In this document: piece by piece, positions 7,859 through 14,686 of the stretch
How positions within the stretch are numbered: the first letter of the stretch is position 1
How the letters are laid out: every line of letters starts with the position of its first letter
NCBI RefSeq assembly: GCF_000007185.1
Contig: NC_003551.1
Location: 660,001 to 692,000 of the forward strand
Source: Methanopyrus kandleri AV19
GTDB lineage: Archaea; JAADCQ01; Methanopyri; Methanopyrales; Methanopyraceae
Direction: 5' to 3'
Length of the DNA: 32,000 nt
Notes under the pieces: model-generated
What the model saw: the letters and a program-made list of their open reading frames with translations, nothing else
What the model was told of the DNA's origin: nothing
Databases searched by the model: none
Program-made: the position numbers and the translations under genes

Positions 7859-8047
7859 TTATACCCTAGACCACACTTCCGTAGCCTTACTCGCGGCGAC
7901 GTTAATCGAGTACGATCCGGTCTCCTTGGCGGCCGTCGCGGTGGACTTGGAGGAGGTCCAATAGTAATACGCGATCATTATCCCAAGACCCGCGAGAGCG
8001 GCGATTAAAATAAGGTACTCTATACCGCCTTGGCCGGAGCTCCTCAA
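7859..8047 (-). CDS. Flp-like mini-pilin (62 aa)
   Basis: MRSSG/QGGIEYLILIAALAGLGIMIAYYYW followed by an S/T/A-rich tail. The TTG start at 8047 directly abuts the TAA stop (8048..8050) of the TadC-like gene. Confidence 0.8.
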   Translation of the reverse strand: MRSSGQGGIEYLILIAALAGLGIMIAYYYWTSSKSTATAAKETGSYSINVAASKATEVWSRV

Positions 8048-9043
8048 TTACATTCCCCCTGCTGCGAGGAACGATGGCATCACCGACACTATCGCCAAGT
8101 ACACACCGGCGGCGGCAGCACCCAACGGTAGCCCGAATACCAACCCCCTTTTCATGTTTCCGTACCTGATGATTCCTATTGCCATTCCCGACAACAACCC
8201 CAACACAAGCGGATACGAAGCCAGAGGATCCTTCGCTTGAAGGTACATCGGGAGCATGGCGTAGGTGGGGCCCATCCTCTCCATCATCGCCACTCCTATC
8301 ACGGCTCCGATCGATACTCCGACTGGGAGTCCTGAAATAAGCCCTCCCAGCGCCAGTGCGAGGCAGGGCATGGTCGTGATGGCTTTCCGTTCCAGTTCTA
8401 TCCTACGCACCTCTCGGATATCGTTTTCGACGGCTTCAAGCACGTCGGCCAGCGCTCCACCGGACATAGAGATCCTGACCGTCAGACGGACTGCACGTGT
8501 TAGGAGCTCCGAATTCACGCGCTCGGCCATGTCCAAGATGGCTTCCTCGAACGTTTTGCCCGTATCCATATCCCGGACGACTATCCGGAACTCTCGTGAT
8601 AGTTCCCCGTAGTCCGACTCGGCTACGTTCCGAATGGTTTCGAATATAGAAAGACCCGCGCGGAGCTCCTCTACCATTTGTCGTAGAGCATCTGGCAGGT
8701 TTTCTTCAATATCTTTAATTCTCAAACTCTGAACTATACGGGGGTGTATTAATAAGTATAACGGCATTACTGCGAGTAAGAACGCGGTCGATCCTAGTTT
8801 TGGAATTAATGGTCCTGAGATCGACATTCCTATAAGTACGTAAATGAGTGATGCGGATAGATATATCTCATAGGGTACGTCGATATTGCTTACTTGGAGG
8901 AGATAATCCATTCTTCTAAGGTATTCAGGAGACATGCGAATGACTAAAATTCGGGCTAGCGGTAGTGCGAGTGGATACAATATGAGTACAATTAGACGTA
9001 TCACAGGTCCTATATTCCTCAACATCGGTAGCAGTGGGAGCAC
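8048..9043 (-). CDS. Pilus platform membrane protein, TadC/FlaJ-like (single T2SS-F-type domain), 331 aa
   Basis: Has TM helices at both ends and a cytoplasmic helical domain LPDALRQMVEELRAGLSIFETIRNVAESDYGELSREFRIVVRDMDTGKTFEEAILDMAER. That domain is clearly paralogous to the one in the neighbouring 424-aa protein. GTG start at 9043. Confidence 0.8.
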   Translation of the reverse strand: MLPLLPMLRNIGPVIRLIVLILYPLALPLARILVIRMSPEYLRRMDYLLQVSNIDVPYEIYLSASLIYVLIGMSISGPLIPKLGSTAFLLAVMPLYLLIHPRIVQSLRIKDIEENLPDALRQMVEELRAGLSIFETIRNVAESDYGELSREFRIVVRDMDTGKTFEEAILDMAERVNSELLTRAVRLTVRISMSGGALADVLEAVENDIREVRRIELERKAITTMPCLALALGGLISGLPVGVSIGAVIGVAMMERMGPTYAMLPMYLQAKDPLASYPLVLGLLSGMAIGIIRYGNMKRGLVFGLPLGAAAAGVYLAIVSVMPSFLAAGGM

Positions 9044-9055
9044 GATAATGGCCCC

Positions 9056-10330
9056 CTAAACCTTAGGCTCCGCCGATTTGAATATGAACAGGAATATCCC
9101 CGCCATCACGCCGACCATTCCTGCTATCATTGGCCCGAATAGAGGCGGTGGCACTAGGAAGGCCCCGGACAGGTTCGCCGCCAGGAGCATCGCGACCGTT
9201 ACGAGGGTCGGTATTACGAGGGTCAGCATTATGTACGGGAACGCCAACGCTTGGAGTTTGTGTCCGTACTCCCTGTAACGTTGACGTAGCTCGTGGGCGA
9301 TCTCATCTGCGAGGGTCATCAATGTCTTCGCGATATTCGCGCCTGATTCCATGGCTTGGGTGATGAATCTGACCATAGTTCTTAGTCCATCTACGTTCCA
9401 TCGGTTGGCCATCCGCTGCAAGGCGACATTAATCGGGGTTCCGCTGTTGATCTCTCGGATTACCCTTTCGAACTCCTCGGAGAGCGCTCCGTAGTCGGAT
9501 TCCGAGATACTCTTCATGGATTCTATAAGCGACAGTCCAGCCGACACCTCGGTGGCCATTTGGCGGATGGCGTACGGGAGTTGCCGCGCGATCTCGCCTT
9601 CTCGTCGCCTGATGAGGATAGTGACCATCATCCTCGGTACCACCATGCCCAGGAGGAAGCTCATGATCGGGCCCAGCACCTTGAGCGGTAGCGGTAACGG
9701 GAAGAGCGCCGCCGGAACCGACGTCAAAACGACTCCCATCAAGCCGCTGATGATCATGAACGTCGCGAAGGCCGCGGGAGATATCCTGAGTCCGGCCTTC
9801 TGTAGGACCTCTCTGTCGGGTGCCAATCCCCTGAACCTGTTTCCGAGTGTTGGGCTGAGGGACTGCACCATTTCGATCAACGTTTCCAGGACGTTAGCCC
9901 GCTCCCTGCACAGCCTGCGTAGCCTCTCGTTGATTTCCTCGGCGGTCCGGTCCCGCTCTCCTTCCTCCTCTATGCCCAGGACTATCCGCTTGATCTTCTC
10001 GACGTCCTCTCCCTGTTCCCCGCGTACCGCGTGCCGGGCTGCCCTGACCTTGGCCGTGAGACTAGACTCGAGACGTCCTCCTAACATTCTGCTCGTACTC
10101 TCACGGAGCTTCTCAGCTAGTCCAGAGAACGACGGTAAGCTCAGCGGGAGTCCTCCACCCGCCCCGGACGGTGTCGACTCCTTTACCTTCTGTACCTGTC
10201 TAGTTACCATGAACACGACGTACTCCGCGTACAGACCTACGCGTTCAGCCACTCCCGTCACGTAGAGGACTACCGCGCCGCCGACTCCCACGCCGATGAT
10301 CGTGAGTAGAGTCTCAGGGGACGGGAGCAA
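9056..10330 (-). CDS. Pilus platform membrane protein, TadB/FlaJ-like (single T2SS-F-type domain), 424 aa
   Basis: Contains the domain LPYAIRQMATEVSAGLSLIESMKSISESDYGALSEEFERVIREINSGTPINVALQRMANR flanked by TM helices. TTG start at 10330, 3 nt after the ATPase stop. Confidence 0.8.
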   Translation of the reverse strand: MLPSPETLLTIIGVGVGGAVVLYVTGVAERVGLYAEYVVFMVTRQVQKVKESTPSGAGGGLPLSLPSFSGLAEKLRESTSRMLGGRLESSLTAKVRAARHAVRGEQGEDVEKIKRIVLGIEEEGERDRTAEEINERLRRLCRERANVLETLIEMVQSLSPTLGNRFRGLAPDREVLQKAGLRISPAAFATFMIISGLMGVVLTSVPAALFPLPLPLKVLGPIMSFLLGMVVPRMMVTILIRRREGEIARQLPYAIRQMATEVSAGLSLIESMKSISESDYGALSEEFERVIREINSGTPINVALQRMANRWNVDGLRTMVRFITQAMESGANIAKTLMTLADEIAHELRQRYREYGHKLQALAFPYIMLTLVIPTLVTVAMLLAANLSGAFLVPPPLFGPMIAGMVGVMAGIFLFIFKSAEPKV

Positions 10331-10333
10331 CGT

Positions 10334-12142
10334 TTAGTACCCCGAGATGCCCACCTTCTCCAGCACCGACTCTCTGTTCTTGTAGAACTCGTGTATGAAC
10401 TCCCCGACCTCCCTCACGTGCCTGATATTATTGTCGACCAAGTACTTCAAGATTCGCTTACGTATCTCAATTTCATGGAGTATTTCGTCCATACTCATTC
10501 CGGTTTTCTCCTGAATCTTCTTGAAGACCATGCTAGGTACTTCGGTACTCGTAACCTCATCAGTTTCAGGCTTCCACTCGAACACCGTGTTCAGCTGGAC
10601 GGTGTCACCCTCCATTCCGGCGATTTCCGAGATCTCCGTGATACGTCGAATTGATCCGGACCCACGCTGGAGGAACCTATTCTGCATCACTATAATGTCG
10701 AGCGCTGGGATCATAATCTTTGGGACGTTCATGGGTTCATTGGTGAGTCTGGTGATAGTTTCACGAGCTGTGTTAGCGTGTAAGGTACCCATACAACCGT
10801 CATGTCCCGTATTCATAGCGGTGAACAATGTACGTGCTTCGGGACCTCGCACCTCTCCCACTATAATCCTATCAGGCCGCTGTCGGAGTGTGTTCTTTAC
10901 GAGATCATCCATAGTAATTTCGCCACGACCTTCAACGTTAGGTGGTTTGGTCGTCAGTCGTACCCAGTGTTCGTGAGGAAGTTGGAGCTCGAGAGTGTCC
11001 TCAATAGTGATCACTCTCTCCTCCGGAGGGATGAAAATACAGAGACAGTTTAAAGTCGTAGTTTTACCACTACCTGTACCTCCAGCAATTAGAATGTTCG
11101 CCCCATATTCAACGGCTAGCCACAAATATGCCGCAGCTTCATAACTCATAGTTCCAAACTTGATTATGTCAGTTATCGTCAGTGGATCCTCTCTAAACTT
11201 ACGAATTGTAAGCGTGGGACCGTCCGGACTCACCGGAGGGATAGTGGCATTCACTCGACTGCCATCCGGTAAATGCGCATCGAGAAGTGGGTTTTCCTGA
11301 TCTATTCTTCGACCTGATTCTCGCGAAATCCGCTCGATCACCGTGCGAATTGAACGTGAAGTGACTCGGAAATTGCATAGACACATTCCATGATCACGGT
11401 CATATACGTAAATGAAGCAATGCTTGGCAGTACCACCGAGTACGACCTCAGGTACTACCATTATCTCCTCTAGATTGTCGTCTTTCAACAGCGGATGTAT
11501 CTCCTTGTACCCAACCATTTCATACATAAGTAAATGGGCTAAATCATCCTTAACAACTTCAAGTTCTGGGTACTCCTCTAACACTGCGTCGAAGTTCTCC
11601 TTCACTAGCTCGACAAACGCCTTTTCTCTCTCTTTAAGGGTCGCGTATTCCGTCGGATCGAAGTCGATATTCATCGATAGAATATCCTTAATCTCGTCAA
11701 GAACTTTCCGAAACTCTTCGTCATCACGGGCGTACGGTGGAGCCTGTGATCCCAGGCGTTTTAGAACTTGTGTCCTAATACGTTCGAAGTTGTAGTACTG
11801 CTCGTACTCTTTCGATATGTATACTGGCACCGGTTGATCCGGGTACTCCACGATCCTGCGGATGTTGTCGTCACACAGTATCTTCCCTTCCCATCCCTCC
11901 CTCTCCGCCAGTTCGTGCGCTTCCAGGACCTCCGCGGCTTTCTCGGATGACAGTGGGGAGATCTTCGATTCCTCAGCCTCGTAGTGCTCTCCACTGGCTT
12001 CGGCGGTTTCCTCGACGGTCTCGGGGCTTTCCGACTTCGACTCTTCCTCCTTCTCCCCTAATATGTCGCGGAGGAGGTCGTCCTCCTCCAGGCCCCCGAT
12101 CAGGTCTTTGATGTTCCTTTTCCGGGGCACCGTCCACACCAC
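10334..12142 (-). CDS. Type II/IV secretion-family ATPase (TadA/FlaI/VirB11-like), 602 aa
   Basis: Walker A is AGGTGSGKTTTLN and Walker B region is RVITIEDTLELQL. Also has GEVRGPEA and the His box TGHDGCMGTLHAN. The N-terminal extension is acidic. GTG start at 12142. Confidence 0.9.
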   Translation of the reverse strand: MVWTVPRKRNIKDLIGGLEEDDLLRDILGEKEEESKSESPETVEETAEASGEHYEAEESKISPLSSEKAAEVLEAHELAEREGWEGKILCDDNIRRIVEYPDQPVPVYISKEYEQYYNFERIRTQVLKRLGSQAPPYARDDEEFRKVLDEIKDILSMNIDFDPTEYATLKEREKAFVELVKENFDAVLEEYPELEVVKDDLAHLLMYEMVGYKEIHPLLKDDNLEEIMVVPEVVLGGTAKHCFIYVYDRDHGMCLCNFRVTSRSIRTVIERISRESGRRIDQENPLLDAHLPDGSRVNATIPPVSPDGPTLTIRKFREDPLTITDIIKFGTMSYEAAAYLWLAVEYGANILIAGGTGSGKTTTLNCLCIFIPPEERVITIEDTLELQLPHEHWVRLTTKPPNVEGRGEITMDDLVKNTLRQRPDRIIVGEVRGPEARTLFTAMNTGHDGCMGTLHANTARETITRLTNEPMNVPKIMIPALDIIVMQNRFLQRGSGSIRRITEISEIAGMEGDTVQLNTVFEWKPETDEVTSTEVPSMVFKKIQEKTGMSMDEILHEIEIRKRILKYLVDNNIRHVREVGEFIHEFYKNRESVLEKVGISGY

Positions 12143-12150
12143 CTTCGGTG

Positions 12151-13917
12151 TTATAGCTCCAGGTCCTTAAGTAGGTCGTCTACGTCTTCGATGTCCTCCG
12201 TTTCTTCCTCAATGATCTCTGTCTCTCGCTCTTCTTTCCCAGTTTCGGGTTCTACTCCCACGCCTTCGGTGGTCTCTTCCTCCTCGGCGCCTTCCATGAG
12301 CTCTTCCATCGTCGTTGCCTCCGCGAGGACCGAGGCCCGGAACGTACCCACTACTTCGACGTCGGTGAACTCTATGCCCCACTCACGCAGGAGACTGATG
12401 AACCGTGTCGGGGTCGTTCCCTCCAAGTCCACGTATACGTCGGTCCCCATGGGCGAAACCGTACGGACACCCGGAATTTTCTCGATCTCGTTCACGTCCT
12501 CTTCAGTCACTCCTTTCACCACTATCGTCGTCACCGGAACCTCCGTCTCCTCGGTGCCGAACTTGTCGAGGTCCGCACCTTTACGCTGCAGGGTCAATAC
12601 GATGTGCTTTCTCAGCGCCTTCTCGACGATCTCGCCGTCTATGACGTCTTTACCCTCCTGAATGCGGATCGCCTGGGCGAGCTGTGCGATGTCTCGGGCG
12701 TAGGCGAAGGTAGGTTTCAAACCCCAGCCTCCCTCTTCTTCGGGCGTGAACGCCCGGCGGTAGGTCTCCAGTGCGTCCTCGGTGTATTCCTCGCCCATCT
12801 CATCAAGCCGCTTTCTGAACAGGTTCACGGCTTCTTCCAGGGGTGGGTGGGACAGATGCACGAACAAGGGGGCACGACGCAGGTGCGCCTCGTCGAACAC
12901 CGTGATCGGTAGGTTCGTCGAGAACGCCGCGATGAAGTCGCAGAACACCTCGACCGCGGTGCCGCCGACGTGGACGATGTCCTTCTTGTTCTCCATCGGT
13001 ACGATCAACCTGTTCAGGATGGCGATGTGAGAGTCCCTCTGACGCCCCACGTCGTCCACGAGGAACACGCCACCGTGGGCTTTCACGTGTGGCGGTACCT
13101 CGTAGACGCCCTTCTCCGCGTCGTACCGACCTTGGAGGTCGTCGAGGGTGAGTTCCGCGCCAGTGAACACGAACGGGGCGTGGATCTTTACCCAGCGCTC
13201 GTCCCCGGGCTGCTCCCGTCGGGGCCTCGGCTCGTGGAAGTCCGGGTCGTAGAGCTGCAGCACGCTACCCGCCACGTACACGGCTTTCGGGATCACGATA
13301 GGGGGTAGTAACTTCGCCATTCGGCTGAGCGTGAACGTCTTACCCGTACCCGGTGGTCCGAAGACGACGAGACCCCTCCCGCTGGTCGCCGCGAGGTAGT
13401 ACGTCCGCTTGGCTTCCTCCGCTCCGATTACGTCGTGGAAGGCGTACTCGTACACCTCCTCGGGGATCTCGATGGGGTATCGACCCTCCACTTGGTCCCC
13501 TACAACCTCTTGGTACATGTCGTAGGGGACGGGACACACGCCGATGTACGGGTCTTCGCTCATGATGTTCGCGGCCAGCTCGCGCCCCTTAGGAGTCACG
13601 TCGAAAGTGGTGTTCTGGAACATCGGCCCTCCACCGGTGTGACCCACCAACTTCCGATCCTGAAGCTCGTCGACGATCTCCTCCAGGATGGGGATCGGAA
13701 TCCGTGTGACTTCGTAGATCTCCCTCCCTTCCACCGGTCCTCGGTCCGCGATGACCTTGAGCACGAGGTTCTCGATGTACTCCTCGGGTAAGCCCAGATC
13801 CTCTATCGATTTGGGTTTGGCCAACGACTCCACTACTTCGACTATTTCCGGCCGGTTGTAATACTCCTCGACGGCCTTGAGGATCTCGGGGGGTAGGTCC
13901 TCGGCCAACCCGTTCAC
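12151..13917 (-). CDS. AAA+ ATPase (ChlI/Mg-chelatase-like pattern) with an N-terminal wHTH-like region and an acidic C-terminal tail, 588 aa
   Basis: Walker A is GPPGTGKTF and Walker B-like is GGVFLVDDVG. The downstream pattern LNRLIVPMEN...VHVGG...FIAAFSTN resembles the ChlI/MCM-type helix-2-insert AAA+ clade. The N-terminus has a MarR-like pattern (REIYEVTRIPIPILEEIVDELQDRKLV...FDVTPKGRELA). The C-terminus is EEETEDIEDVDDLLKDLEL. The GTG start forms a GTGA overlap with the upstream stop, and the stop lies 8 nt before the TadA-like start. Confidence 0.75.
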   Translation of the reverse strand: MNGLAEDLPPEILKAVEEYYNRPEIVEVVESLAKPKSIEDLGLPEEYIENLVLKVIADRGPVEGREIYEVTRIPIPILEEIVDELQDRKLVGHTGGGPMFQNTTFDVTPKGRELAANIMSEDPYIGVCPVPYDMYQEVVGDQVEGRYPIEIPEEVYEYAFHDVIGAEEAKRTYYLAATSGRGLVVFGPPGTGKTFTLSRMAKLLPPIVIPKAVYVAGSVLQLYDPDFHEPRPRREQPGDERWVKIHAPFVFTGAELTLDDLQGRYDAEKGVYEVPPHVKAHGGVFLVDDVGRQRDSHIAILNRLIVPMENKKDIVHVGGTAVEVFCDFIAAFSTNLPITVFDEAHLRRAPLFVHLSHPPLEEAVNLFRKRLDEMGEEYTEDALETYRRAFTPEEEGGWGLKPTFAYARDIAQLAQAIRIQEGKDVIDGEIVEKALRKHIVLTLQRKGADLDKFGTEETEVPVTTIVVKGVTEEDVNEIEKIPGVRTVSPMGTDVYVDLEGTTPTRFISLLREWGIEFTDVEVVGTFRASVLAEATTMEELMEGAEEEETTEGVGVEPETGKEERETEIIEEETEDIEDVDDLLKDLEL

Positions 13918-14513
13918 CCCGGCGCCCGAAGTACCCAGTAACCCCCTCCCCTCGCGGCGACCTCCGCCGACCCGAAAACAGTACGCATCTCAGACAAAAT
14001 CCTTTTCGAGCCCATTTTACGGCGAACCACCAGCCAAAGCTCGCCGTCTTCGGTTAGATGGTTCGGAGCTTCTCTCACTATTCTCAGAACTAAGTCCAAT
14101 CCCTCGCGAATGGGTGGGTTGGACACGATCCTGTCGAACTCCTCATCCTCAACGGGATCGTAGAGGCTACCCTCCCGCACCTCGGTGATATCCTCCACGT
14201 CGTTCAGCCGACGGTTCTCATTCGCAAGCCATATAGCCCTCCGGTTCACGTCCGTCATCACCACGTGCCCTTCTCCCAGCTCTTTGGCCGCCACGATCCC
14301 TAAAACTCCGTATCCACAACCCAAGTCCAGGACGCTGTGTACTCCTTCGAGGTCCATGTTCTCCGCGAGAAGTTGCGTCCCTGGATCGATCCTCCTCCAC
14401 GAGAACACGCCGGGGGCAGTGAGGAACCTGTACTCCCGCCCTCGAATACGCGCGATGATCATCCCTAGTTCTTCTCTGCTCGGCTTTCCACGCCCGGAAT
14501 AGGGCGCTCGCAA
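13914..14513 (-). CDS. Class I SAM-dependent methyltransferase, small-domain RsmC/RsmD/MJ0882-like (199 aa)
   Basis: Motif I is VLDLGCGYGVLGI and motif IV is NPPIREG. The N-terminal YSGRGKPS...APGVFS resembles the YYSEKPS...SGVFS start of this family. The track ORF (to 14600) runs into the tRNA gene, so it is too long. I prefer the TTG at 14513, which has GGTGGAG 6 nt upstream. Alternatives are the GTG at 14522 and the ATG at 14462. Confidence 0.8.
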   Translation of the reverse strand: MRAPYSGRGKPSREELGMIIARIRGREYRFLTAPGVFSWRRIDPGTQLLAENMDLEGVHSVLDLGCGYGVLGIVAAKELGEGHVVMTDVNRRAIWLANENRRLNDVEDITEVREGSLYDPVEDEEFDRIVSNPPIREGLDLVLRIVREAPNHLTEDGELWLVVRRKMGSKRILSEMRTVFGSAEVAARGGGYWVLRAPG

Positions 14514-14555
14514 AGTCTCCACCCTTTTCGTTACAATTATCGTAACGATCTCCGG

Positions 14556-14645
14556 TGGTGCGGGGGCCGGGATTTGAACCCGGGACGGCCCTACGGCCAC
14601 GGGATCCTAAGTCCCGCCCCTTTGACCAGGCTCGGGCGCCCCCGC
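14556..14645 (-). tRNA. tRNA-Leu: tRNA-Leu, anticodon UAG, class II (long variable arm), CCA encoded
   Basis: The reverse complement folds as a cloverleaf:
- acceptor stem GCGGGGG/CCCCCGC;
- D arm CCC-GAGCCTGGTCAAA-GGG, with A14 and G18G19;
- anticodon stem CGGGA/TCCCG with loop CTTAGGA (anticodon TAG);
- 16-nt variable arm TGGCCGTAGGGCCGTC;
- T arm CCGGG-TTCAAAT-CCCGG;
- discriminator A followed by CCA.
Position 8 is C. Confidence 0.9.
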
Positions 14646-14674
14646 GCCGGTCGAGCTCCTACCTCCTTCTAGCT

Positions 14675-14686
14675 CTTATTAACTTT
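14675..14686 (-). promoter_or_regulatory. Candidate TATA-like promoter element for tRNA-Leu
   Basis: The minus strand reads AAAGTTAATAAG and ends 30 nt upstream of the mature tRNA 5' end (14645). This spacing fits an archaeal TATA box plus a short leader. Confidence 0.35.

Noticed and set aside
14514-14600. Track ORF extension of the methyltransferase into the tRNA-Leu gene
   Set aside because: It would translate through the tRNA 3' half. Family-typical N-termini begin just before the YS..KPS block, which fits the TTG at 14513 or the GTG at 14522.
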